Source: an uncultured Anaerolineaceae bacterium
GTDB taxonomy: Bacteria > Chloroflexota > Limnocylindria > Limnocylindrales > CSP1-4
Direction of reading: 5' to 3'
DNA length: 45,754 nt
NCBI GenBank assembly: GCA_964477545.1
Contig: CAYZEJ010000003.1
Location: 1 to 45,754, forward strand
The translations under genes were made by a program, and so were the position numbers. The notes under the pieces are model-generated. The model saw only the letters and a program-made list of their open reading frames with translations, did not search any database and was not told the DNA's origin. Positions 8,574-17,783 of this stretch are shown here, in pieces (within the stretch, counting starts at the first letter, position 1; the number at the start of each line of letters is the position of its first letter).

Positions 8574-11500
8574 TCAGCCGCACGTCCCGGGACCTCCAGC
8601 GTTCGATCCTGATCGCCCTGCTCGCCTGCGTCACGGTGCTCGTGCCGCTTCAGATCACGGCTACCGGTCCCCCGCCCGATGGCGCCCCAACGCCCTCCGC
8701 CGACGTTCCGTCGCCCACACCCGAGGCTTCCGGGGATGAGCCGCCGCCGACCGTCGCTCCAGACGCCGAGGCGAGTGCGTCGCCTGCGCCCGAGACCACC
8801 GCCGAACCCTCGCCCACCGGTCCAGATGCGGGCCACTCGCCGCCGCCGGCGAGCGATCCGCCCTTCGCCGAGGAAACGCCAGCTCCGACGCCCGCCGACG
8901 ACCCGGCGGGTGCCTCGCCGTCTCCGGAGCCGTCTCCGGAGCCGTCAGTGGACCCGTCGCCCGGGGCGTCGCCGACGGTATCGCCGACGGCGGCCCCGGC
9001 CGCTCCATCGATGCCGTTCGTGGTCACATTCGTATCGAGCGACGCGTTCGCGGCCCGCGCCGATCTCCTCGCGGCCGTCGGCGCGACGGAAACCTCGGCG
9101 ATCGCCTCGCTTTCGCTGGCGACGATCGACGTGCCGGTCGACGGCGCGGTCGACCTGCTGGCCGCCCTGCAGGCCAGCCCGCTCGTGTCAGGCGTGGACG
9201 TGGATCGGGAGCGACAGATCGAGGCCGCGCCGGACGACACGTACTACGACGACCAGTGGGCTCTGCCGCGCATCGGATGGACTACCGCACGTGAAAGCAT
9301 GTCGCCAACGGGCAGCGCGGTCGTCGCCATCCTGGACACGGGTATCGACGCGGCTCACCCGGACCTCGCGGGGCAGCTCGTCGACGGAACCTCGTTCGTC
9401 GACGGCACCGACGTGGGCACCGATCCGAACGGTCACGGCACGTGGATGGCGGGCATCGTCGCCGCGGCGACAAACAACGGCGTCGGAGTCGCCGGCGTCG
9501 GAATGGACTCCGTCAAGGTGATGCCCGTGACCGTCATCGGCGCCGACGGCACCGGACGTGACAGCGACATCATCGCCGGCATCGTCTACGCCACCGAGCA
9601 CGGCGCCGACGTCATCCTGATGGCGTTTTCGAGTCGTGGCTACTCGGCCGCACTCCAGCAGGCCGTCGACTACGCCTGGGAAAGCGACGTCGTCCTGGTC
9701 GCGGCGGTCGGCAATGACGGCGCGGAGCGGGCAACGTATCCGGCCGGCGACGCCGGCGTGATGGGCGTCTCGGCGACCGACTTCGACGACTCCCTCTGGA
9801 CACAGAGCAACCACGGGGATGCAGTCTTCCTCGGCGCGCCGGGGGCCGGCATCATGACTACCGCCCCAACGGGTGAATACGTCGCCATCAGCGGAACTTC
9901 AGCTGCGGCCGCCTACGTTGCCGGCTCGGCGGCGCTGGTCCGGGCCGCGGATCAGCCGGCGTTGAACGCCGTGATCGTCGGCCGCCTGGCGCGATCGGCC
10001 GCTCCCGCCGGAACGCGGCCGGAGACGGGCAACGGCCGTCTGGATCTCGCCCGCGCCCTGGCCGACGAAAGCACCGAGGGCTTGATGCCGGCCGGTGTGA
10101 CCGGCGCCGCAAGCGGCGGGCCGATCGTGGGTCCCTTCGGTGATCCTGAAGATCCGCCCATCTACACCGTCGCCGCCTGGTACAGCGGCTCCTGGGCGTA
10201 CCGCAAGACGATCACCATCGATCACACGAAGGTCGGCGCCACGCTCACGAGCTTCCCGTTCCTGGTGACCTATGCGTCCGATACCGACCTGGCCGCGGAC
10301 GCCCAGGACGACGGTGACGACATCCTGTTCACGTCGGCAGACGGGTCGACCAAGCTCGACCATGAGATCGAGACGTTCAGCGGGAGCACCGGCGCGCTCG
10401 TGGCATGGGTCGAGGTGCCCAGCCTCTCGAGCACGGTGGACACCGTTCTCTACCTGTACTACGGGAACGGCTCGGCCGCCAGCCAGCAGAACGTGACGGG
10501 CGTGTGGGACTCGAACTTCAAGGGCGTGTGGCACCTGGACGAGACCGTCACCGACGAGCAGTTGACGGGAACGCACAACGACTCGACTTCGAACGTCAAC
10601 AACATGACCCAGGGCGGCAACGTGACCGTGACCGGCAAGATCGGCTCCGCCCAGGACCTCGACGGAACCAACGACTACATCAAGCGCGCCAACGCGGCCA
10701 GCCTCCAGGTCACATCGACTTTCACGCTCTCGGGCTGGGTGCAGATGGACGCGTTCGGGGCGGGCAACGAGATCGACCCCATCCTGCGCAAAGGCGAAGG
10801 CAGCCCCAACAACTACCAGCTCGCGTTGCACGACGGTAAATCCTCGCTGTACGTCAACGGCAGCGACGACACCCCAACCGTCGGAAGCTCGACGGTCCTC
10901 TCGACCGGTACCTGGTACTACGTCGTGGCGACGCACAACAGCGCCGGAACGAGCTACGTGTACCTGAACGGCGCTCAGAGCGCATCCGGGGTCGCAGCCT
11001 ATGTTGCCGCCACCGACACCCGCGAGCTCTTCATCGGCGGACGCGACGACGCGCTGGACGTCTCGAACGGGCGGTTCGACGAGGTCCGCATCTCCAATAC
11101 CGCGCGCTCCGCCACCTGGATCTCGACCGAGTACAACAACCAGAACACGCCGTCCACGTTCTCCTCGACCGGGTCGGAGGGGACCAACGACTCGACCGCG
11201 CCGACGCTCAGCCCGACGGTCACCGAGGGCTCCAATCCAGGTCTCCAGCATTTCGCCTCGAACACCCTCTACTACAACCCCGGCGGAACGGGCACTTTCA
11301 CGGTCCAATCCGGGGCGTCTGACACGGGTGGCTCCGGCCTCGACACGGTCACCTTCCCCGGCCGCTCGACGTACCAGGAAGTCGTCGCGGATTCGGCCGC
11401 GAGCTACTGGCGGTTGGGCGAGACGAGCGGCACAAGCGCAGTCGACGCCCGGGGTGTCGTCAACGGCACGTACACCAATGGCGTCACGCTCAACCAGACG

Positions 11501-13831
11501 GGCGCCCTGTCGGGGGACGCCGACAAGGCCGCATCCTTCGACGGCGTAGACGACTACGTCAACGTCGGCGACGTGTACGACTTCGCGGGCACCGCTTCGT
11601 TCTCGGTCGAGGCGTGGTTCAAGAAGGACGTTAACGCCGCTTCCACGTACATGCGCGTTGTGGATAAGAACAACTGGAATTCTCCGCGCAACGGCTGGCA
11701 GCTGGAGATCCAGCCGGAAAGCGAGGGAGCCGACGCGAGGAAGATCGGCTTCTCGCGCTGGGCGGGTGGATCGACCAACTACGCGATGAGCACGACACTC
11801 ACCGGGACCGGCACGTGGTACCACGTCGTTGGGACCTACGACGGTACGAACCTCCGGATCTACGTCAACGGTGTCTTGGAGGCGACGACAGCGTCAAGCC
11901 TCTCGATGCCGGGTAATGCGCTCCCGTTGCGCATCGGGCAGTCTGCTGCCGGGTACGAGTTTTTCGACGGCACGATCGACGACGTCGCCATCTACAGCTC
12001 GGCGCTTGGAGCATCAGCGATCCAGGAGCACTACTGGGCGCGTTCGTCCGCCGCTATGCCGACTGGGTTCACGCACACCGCCATCGAGCGCAGCACGACG
12101 CCCTGGGATTCCAACACCTACACGTTCGATGCCACCAACACCACAGCGCCCTCCGCTCACACCATCACGGCGCTGGACGGCTCAGGTAACCAGGGGACGT
12201 CGACGATCACCTTCGTGCGTGACGTGACAGCTCCCACCGGCCACTCGGTCTCGCTCGTTGGCGGCCCCTACTACAGCAGCCTGTCCGTGCCACTAAACCT
12301 CGGGAATGGGACCGACAGCCAGTCCGGCGTGAACACCTCCAGCGGCGTCGTCCAGCGCGCGTCCGCAACGCTGACCACAGGCACGTGCGGGACGTTCGGT
12401 TCCTATTCGACCGTCACGCTCTCGGGCGGGGCGGACACGACCGTGACCACCGGCAACTGCTACCGCTATACGTACCGGGTCTCGGACAACGTCGGCAACC
12501 AGAGCGCCGCCTCGGCCGCCAGCGCCGACGCCAAGGTGGACACGACCGCTCCGAGCGCGCCAACGCTGAGCTACTCGGCGATGACGAACGTCGTCGCTTC
12601 AGGCAATGTCCTGCGCTACCTGCCCGGCAGCGCCGGCGGATTGACCGTCACTGCCTCGTCGACGGATGCACAGTCAGCTATCGCGAGCTATGGCTTCCCG
12701 ACGCTCCCCGCAGGCTGGACCGTGTCAGGCAGCGGAGCCTCACGCAGCTGGACGTACACGATCAACCCGACGGCTCCGTCCGGCAACCAGAACGTGTCGG
12801 CCAACAACAACAGCGGCCTCAGCGCAACCTCTGCCTTCACGCTGGCGCCCGACACCCGTCCCGTCGCCGTCGCCAACAGCTACAGCGTCAACGAGGACGC
12901 GACCCTCGCCCCTAACGCGGCGACCGGAGTGTTGGCAAACGACACGGACGCCGAGAGTGACACGCTAACGGCCATGCTGGTCACCAACGTCACCTACGGC
13001 TCACTCACGCTCTATGCCGATGGCTCGTTCAGCTACACACCGACGGCCAACTACAACGGAAGCGACTCGTTCACGTACAAGGCCAACGACGGCTGGTTCG
13101 ACTCTGCCTCCAACGCCACCGTCTCGATCACCGTCAACCCGGTCAACGACCCGCCCGTCGGCGTGGCCGACAGCTATTCGATGTACCAGGGCAACACGCT
13201 GGTCGTGGCCGCAGCCGGCGTACTCGCCAACGACACCGACGTCGACCTTCAGGCGCTCACGGTCCAGACGCCACGGCCGCTGAGCGGTCCGTCCAACGGG
13301 AGCCTCACGCTCAACGCCGACGGCTCATTCAGCTACACGCCTTCATCAGGGTTCAGCGGCGCGGACAGCTTCACCTACAAGGCCACTGACGGAGCGGCCG
13401 ATTCGCTGGCGGCCACGGTGACGATCACCGTCACCAGCACGGCATATATCTCGAGCTCCACCTGGACATCGAGCTTCAGCGGGACACGCTATCTGGACAT
13501 CACCTATCCGGGATACCTGCCCTCGGGTGCGACGGTCGTGGGCGCGACTTTCCGCCACTCGTACCGATCGTTTGCCGGTGGAACGACCTGCTACTACGTC
13601 GAGGCCTGGAGTGGCGGGGTGTTGATCGGCTCGCACGGCAGCAGCGGATCGCCGCTGTCGTGCAACGCGGGCACGACCTACGTCACGGACACCGTCGCGC
13701 TGCCCGAGGTGAACAGCGTTGCCCGGGCGAACTCGCTCACCCTGCGGCTCTTCGTACGGAACAGCGCAAGCGGCAAGTCGGAGCACAGCATGGCCACGCT
13801 CGGCGTCGACTACTGGCTGGGCAACCCCTGA
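8570..13831 (+). CDS. Giant secreted S8 subtilase with Pro-rich linker, DUF2341, two LamG domains, Ig-like/Big_9 (cadherin-like) repeats and a novel C-terminal domain
   Basis: Triad 'VAILDTGID', 'NGHGTWMAG', 'ISGTSAAA'; DUF2341 'WAYRKTITIDH...DDILFTSADG..KLDHEIE'; LamG 'GTWYHVVGTYDG..LRIYVNG'; Big_9 'PVAVANSYSVNED...GVLANDTD...DGSFSYTP' twice. Confidence 0.9.
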   Translation: MISRTSRDLQRSILIALLACVTVLVPLQITATGPPPDGAPTPSADVPSPTPEASGDEPPPTVAPDAEASASPAPETTAEPSPTGPDAGHSPPPASDPPFAEETPAPTPADDPAGASPSPEPSPEPSVDPSPGASPTVSPTAAPAAPSMPFVVTFVSSDAFAARADLLAAVGATETSAIASLSLATIDVPVDGAVDLLAALQASPLVSGVDVDRERQIEAAPDDTYYDDQWALPRIGWTTARESMSPTGSAVVAILDTGIDAAHPDLAGQLVDGTSFVDGTDVGTDPNGHGTWMAGIVAAATNNGVGVAGVGMDSVKVMPVTVIGADGTGRDSDIIAGIVYATEHGADVILMAFSSRGYSAALQQAVDYAWESDVVLVAAVGNDGAERATYPAGDAGVMGVSATDFDDSLWTQSNHGDAVFLGAPGAGIMTTAPTGEYVAISGTSAAAAYVAGSAALVRAADQPALNAVIVGRLARSAAPAGTRPETGNGRLDLARALADESTEGLMPAGVTGAASGGPIVGPFGDPEDPPIYTVAAWYSGSWAYRKTITIDHTKVGATLTSFPFLVTYASDTDLAADAQDDGDDILFTSADGSTKLDHEIETFSGSTGALVAWVEVPSLSSTVDTVLYLYYGNGSAASQQNVTGVWDSNFKGVWHLDETVTDEQLTGTHNDSTSNVNNMTQGGNVTVTGKIGSAQDLDGTNDYIKRANAASLQVTSTFTLSGWVQMDAFGAGNEIDPILRKGEGSPNNYQLALHDGKSSLYVNGSDDTPTVGSSTVLSTGTWYYVVATHNSAGTSYVYLNGAQSASGVAAYVAATDTRELFIGGRDDALDVSNGRFDEVRISNTARSATWISTEYNNQNTPSTFSSTGSEGTNDSTAPTLSPTVTEGSNPGLQHFASNTLYYNPGGTGTFTVQSGASDTGGSGLDTVTFPGRSTYQEVVADSAASYWRLGETSGTSAVDARGVVNGTYTNGVTLNQTGALSGDADKAASFDGVDDYVNVGDVYDFAGTASFSVEAWFKKDVNAASTYMRVVDKNNWNSPRNGWQLEIQPESEGADARKIGFSRWAGGSTNYAMSTTLTGTGTWYHVVGTYDGTNLRIYVNGVLEATTASSLSMPGNALPLRIGQSAAGYEFFDGTIDDVAIYSSALGASAIQEHYWARSSAAMPTGFTHTAIERSTTPWDSNTYTFDATNTTAPSAHTITALDGSGNQGTSTITFVRDVTAPTGHSVSLVGGPYYSSLSVPLNLGNGTDSQSGVNTSSGVVQRASATLTTGTCGTFGSYSTVTLSGGADTTVTTGNCYRYTYRVSDNVGNQSAASAASADAKVDTTAPSAPTLSYSAMTNVVASGNVLRYLPGSAGGLTVTASSTDAQSAIASYGFPTLPAGWTVSGSGASRSWTYTINPTAPSGNQNVSANNNSGLSATSAFTLAPDTRPVAVANSYSVNEDATLAPNAATGVLANDTDAESDTLTAMLVTNVTYGSLTLYADGSFSYTPTANYNGSDSFTYKANDGWFDSASNATVSITVNPVNDPPVGVADSYSMYQGNTLVVAAAGVLANDTDVDLQALTVQTPRPLSGPSNGSLTLNADGSFSYTPSSGFSGADSFTYKATDGAADSLAATVTITVTSTAYISSSTWTSSFSGTRYLDITYPGYLPSGATVVGATFRHSYRSFAGGTTCYYVEAWSGGVLIGSHGSSGSPLSCNAGTTYVTDTVALPEVNSVARANSLTLRLFVRNSASGKSEHSMATLGVDYWLGNP

Positions 13832-14163
13832 CCTGACGCTTTATCAATCTCGCGGCGGGCCGGCCACCGGTTGAGGCGACGGCCGTCACGGGATCGAACA
13901 GGAGAATCTCCATCGTCTTGCCGGCGTGGCCGCGAATTCCATAGCCCAGCCAACGACCGGCGACCGTACCTTCTGCCTACGCCCAGCCGCCCTTCACAGC
14001 CCGCTTTCACCCTCGACCCGCCCACCTGAAGACTGACGTCGACGGGTGATTCGACGCCCTGAGCGAGTCTTCGGAATGCACTGCGCGCCGGTCGTGTGAG
14101 GTCTGGTGCGGTGACAGCAGCGAGTCGTTGCCGAGCGGATAGCCCGATCGTCATGGAGGGCGA

Positions 14164-15870
14164 GTGCCCAATGGACCGCTAACGTCTGTGCGGCGGCGCT
14201 GGCATATCTGGCGCACACCAACTGGAGAGCCCGGCTTGCAAGACTCACGTACGACGTCTGCCGATCCGATTGAGCCACGCGCCGAAGTCGGGCTCCTGCG
14301 GATGCGTCTGCGCCTGGCCTTGCTGGCGGTTGGCATCGTTCCCCTAGTCGCTGCGAGCGCGCTGCTCTACGCCATCTCGCCCGGCCCGCTGCCGATCCAG
14401 TTCCTCACGCTGTTCCCGATCCTTGGTTTGGTGCTCCTGCCGATCGTCCTGTGGCTGCCGCGACAAATCCTTCGCACCACCGAGGCCCTGGACAGGTCCC
14501 GGGCCGAGATCAGTCGGCTGTACGAGGTCGCACGCGCGGACGCGTTACGGGACTCTCTTACCGGGCTTGGCAACCACCGCGCATTCCAGGAAGAGCTCGA
14601 TCGACAGCTGGAGTGGTACAGCCGCTACAAGGTACCGGTCGCGCTGCTGCTGATCGACCTCGACGATCTCAAGCTGGTCAACGACGGTGACGGGCACGCC
14701 GCTGGCGACGAGCTGCTGCGCGACTTCGGGCGCCTGATCGGCGAAACCGGCCGATACGCGGATCGTTCGTTTCGCATCGGCGGCGACGAATTCGCCGTGC
14801 TGATGCCGCACACCGATGCCGAGGGCGCCCTTCAGATCGCGACGCGCCTGCAGGATCAGGCCGCAAAGAGAACCGCCCGATCGTTCTCTTTTTCAGGCGG
14901 CATCTCGGCCTGTCCGCAGTTGGCGACCACGCGCGCCCAGTTGTATTCGCAGGCGGACGCGGCGCTCTATTGGTGCAAACGGCATGGCCGGGCATCGATC
15001 GACCTGTTCCATCCCGCCCGTGACCGGGCCGCAAGCCTCGAGGCCAGCAAGGAGCTATCGGCGGCGATCTCCCGGGTGGTGACCGACCGACTCCTGCGGC
15101 CCGTGTACCAGCCGATCGTCGACCTCGCAACGGGCCGGGTGATCGGCTTCGAAGGCCTCATCAGGCCCACCCCGGAGTCGGGCTTTGCCGACCCCGGCAG
15201 CATGTTCGTCGCGGCCGAAACCGTAGGTCGAACGGTGGAACTCGATCACGCCTGCCTCAGCGCTGTGGTCGCCGGCGCACGAAGCATGTCGGTCGACCAG
15301 TTGCTGACCGTCAACATCTCGCCGCGCACGGCGGAGGCGCCACAGTTCTCGGCCGAGTCGCTCCTCGTCGTCCTGGCGCGCTACGGGATCGACCCCGGCC
15401 GCGTCGTGGTCGAGCTCACGGAGCGCGAGAAGGTGGAGGACAGCCTCCGCCTTCAGACGAACCTCGTCGCGTTGCAGCGCGCTGGCGTGCGCATCGCGGC
15501 AGATGACGTGGGCGCGGGCAACGCAGGCCTGCGCCTGCTCAGTCAGATCCGTTTCGACATCGTCAAGATCGACCTGACCCTGGTTCAGGAGGGCGCCGAG
15601 CGCGACTCATCACGTGCGGTGCTGCGCTCGCTGCGCGATCTCGCCAATCGCTGGGGCGCGTCAGTCATCGCCGAGGGCCTGGAAACCGTGAGCCAGCTGC
15701 GCACCGTGCGCGAACTGGGTATTGCCGCAGGCCAGGGCTACCTGTTGGGCCGTCCGATGGCCGACACCTCGCTGAAGTTTGTCGACCTCGCCATCATCGA
15801 GGCCGGGGGCATGGTGCTCGATCGCCGGCCGCAACCGTCTCCCGGCGCGCTGATAGCCCCGATCGCATAG
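14164..15870 (+). CDS. Membrane-anchored GGDEF-EAL diguanylate cyclase/phosphodiesterase
   Basis: Two TM helices, 'DSLTGLGNHR', 'NDGDGHAAGD', I-site RYAD, 'RIGGDEF'; EAL domain 'VYQPIV..FEGLIR', 'ADDVGAG', 'KIDL', 'IAEGLET', 'GQGYLLGRP'. Confidence 0.93.
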   Translation: MPNGPLTSVRRRWHIWRTPTGEPGLQDSRTTSADPIEPRAEVGLLRMRLRLALLAVGIVPLVAASALLYAISPGPLPIQFLTLFPILGLVLLPIVLWLPRQILRTTEALDRSRAEISRLYEVARADALRDSLTGLGNHRAFQEELDRQLEWYSRYKVPVALLLIDLDDLKLVNDGDGHAAGDELLRDFGRLIGETGRYADRSFRIGGDEFAVLMPHTDAEGALQIATRLQDQAAKRTARSFSFSGGISACPQLATTRAQLYSQADAALYWCKRHGRASIDLFHPARDRAASLEASKELSAAISRVVTDRLLRPVYQPIVDLATGRVIGFEGLIRPTPESGFADPGSMFVAAETVGRTVELDHACLSAVVAGARSMSVDQLLTVNISPRTAEAPQFSAESLLVVLARYGIDPGRVVVELTEREKVEDSLRLQTNLVALQRAGVRIAADDVGAGNAGLRLLSQIRFDIVKIDLTLVQEGAERDSSRAVLRSLRDLANRWGASVIAEGLETVSQLRTVRELGIAAGQGYLLGRPMADTSLKFVDLAIIEAGGMVLDRRPQPSPGALIAPIA

Positions 15871-15878
15871 TCACATCG

Positions 15879-17561
15879 TCAGGTGCCCGTGACGCGCCGG
15901 CGCAGACCGCGAACGATGGCCTGTGTCTCGGCTGAGCTGACGCCCAGCCGGCCGAGGGTGTAGCGCGCGATCTCCAGCGCAACCTCGGTCTCGGCCACGA
16001 CGATCTCGCTGACGCCCTCACGCTCCAGGAACGCCCGCTCCGCCGCGGTGCGGGCGCGGGCGATGATCGGCAACCGGGGATGGTCGGCCCGGACGTGGTG
16101 CACGACCTGCTGGAGGGCGAACGGATCGGGCAGGGTGACGATCAGCACCTGGGCCCGCTCGAGGTTGGCCCTGTCCCGGATGTAGGAAGTCTCGGCCAGG
16201 CCCTGGACGACGGGGATGCCACGCTCGCGTAGCGCGCGGCAGGTTCGCGGGTCGACCTCGATCACCAGGAACGGCAGGCCACGGCGCTCGAGCGCTTCGG
16301 CGACGAGCTGGCCGACCCGCCCGTAGCCGCATAGGACCGCGTAGCGTCCCGGAGCCGGGCTGTCTTCCGGCGGGGCAGGGGGGACCTCGCGTTCTCCACG
16401 CACCAGATCGATCCGGCGCAGGACGGCCGGTGCGTAACGGTGGAGTGTCGGCGCGATCGCGATGCTCACGCCGGCCGAGGCGAGCATCAGGCTGAACATC
16501 TGCTGGCCGACAACGCCCGCGTCGACGCCCAGGCGTGCGAGCAGGAACGAGAACTCGCCGGACTGGGCCAGCGCGATCCCGGCCAGCGCCGCCGTGCGAC
16601 CTGGCATGCCCAGCAGCCGGCTCAGAGCGGCGATCATCGCGCCCTTGACTGCCACGACAAGCAGCACGGCCAGCGCGACGAGGCCGAACGCCACGACAAC
16701 GAACACTGGGTCGACGAGCATCCCGATGGACACGAAGAAGATTCCCGCGAACACGTCACGCAGCGGCGCCAGCTCACCCAGGATGTGGTGGCTGATCTCC
16801 GATTCGCTGACCAGCAATCCGGCGAGGAAGGCACCCAGCGCCAGCGACAGGCCGAAGAACTCCGAGGCGTAGGCAGTGCCCAGTGCCACGGCGACGACGC
16901 TCAGCACGAACACTTCCCGGTTATGCAGGCGCGCGACGTGCTCCAGCGCCCACGGCAGCACCTTCAACCCGACCGGCAGCAGGATCGCGACGAATAGGAC
17001 GGCTTTGCCAATCGCCAACCCGATGTTGGCGCCGAGATCGCCGCCCAGGGCGAGGCTGCCCAACAACACGACGAGCACGACGGTCGAGATGTCCTGCAGC
17101 GTTGCCCAGCCCAGTACCAGGTGGCCGTGCCGGGTATCCAGCTCGCCCCGCTCGCCCAGGATCTTGGCCATGACCATGCTCGACGATTGCGAGATGAAGG
17201 CGCCGAAGAACAGCGACTCGAGGTGCCCGAAGCCAAGCGCCACGCCGACCGCGTAGCCGATCCCCACGAGCGCGACGACCTGGATCGATCCGCCGACGAC
17301 GGCCACCCGGCCGACGCGCACCAGGTCGCCCACCGACAGCTCGAGCCCGATCGCGAACATCAGGAACACCAGGCCGATGTCGGCCAGGGCCGCGACGGTC
17401 CCGGGCTCGGCTACCGGTCCGGCCGTGTACGGGCCGATGAGCACGCCCGCGACGACATAGCCCAGGATGGCCGACTGGCCAAGCCGAACAGCGACCGCGG
17501 CGCCGATCGTTGCCGCGATCAGCGCCAGGGCCAGCGTTACCAGGAGTCCGGTGTCGGTCAT
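15879..17561 (-). CDS. CPA2/Kef-type cation:proton antiporter with TrkA-N (KTN) domain
   Basis: 'GLVFLMFAIGLEL', 'LQD', 'LGAFLAGL', 'FFVSIGM', 'LAQSGEFSF'; 'CGYGRVG' KTN domain. Confidence 0.93.
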   Translation of the reverse strand: MTDTGLLVTLALALIAATIGAAVAVRLGQSAILGYVVAGVLIGPYTAGPVAEPGTVAALADIGLVFLMFAIGLELSVGDLVRVGRVAVVGGSIQVVALVGIGYAVGVALGFGHLESLFFGAFISQSSSMVMAKILGERGELDTRHGHLVLGWATLQDISTVVLVVLLGSLALGGDLGANIGLAIGKAVLFVAILLPVGLKVLPWALEHVARLHNREVFVLSVVAVALGTAYASEFFGLSLALGAFLAGLLVSESEISHHILGELAPLRDVFAGIFFVSIGMLVDPVFVVVAFGLVALAVLLVVAVKGAMIAALSRLLGMPGRTAALAGIALAQSGEFSFLLARLGVDAGVVGQQMFSLMLASAGVSIAIAPTLHRYAPAVLRRIDLVRGEREVPPAPPEDSPAPGRYAVLCGYGRVGQLVAEALERRGLPFLVIEVDPRTCRALRERGIPVVQGLAETSYIRDRANLERAQVLIVTLPDPFALQQVVHHVRADHPRLPIIARARTAAERAFLEREGVSEIVVAETEVALEIARYTLGRLGVSSAETQAIVRGLRRRVTGT

Positions 17562-17783
17562 GGATACCTTCGGAAGGCCGGCACCGCGCCGTTGCTGCCC
17601 ATCCTACTGTGAGCCCGCAGACACGAGAAGCGCTCCCGGTGTTGCCACCAGTCAACGCATCGACGGGCGTGACCTCGTGGCATGGCATTCAGCAGCGTAG
17701 CGGCGTCAGGTTCGGTCGCTCGCGCTGGACGGCGACAGCGCGTGAGCCTGCGCGTGCCCTCCGCGGGCAGGCGCGGGCCGGAC

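Noticed and set aside
9890-9925. Inactive subtilase (GTSAAAAY instead of GTSMAAPH)
   Set aside because: Catalytic Asp, His, Ser and the oxyanion Asn (AVGND) are all present
9899-11824. Long antisense or alternative-frame ORFs (e.g. 9899-11824, 18716-20110, 25538-26467, 29671-31752, 35413-36645)
   Set aside because: Shadow ORFs of high-GC3 genes; Arg/Gly/Pro-rich with no motifs and fully overlapping well-supported CDSs
14164-15870. Hypr-GGDEF cGAMP synthase
   Set aside because: The specificity position in GHAAGD is Asp, not Ser/Thr
17680-17700. c-di-AMP (ydaO) riboswitch suggested by GCTGAAT upstream of the K+ antiporter
   Set aside because: Lacks the GGAACC, GGGG..AATC and CCCG..CAGCTAAC core elements
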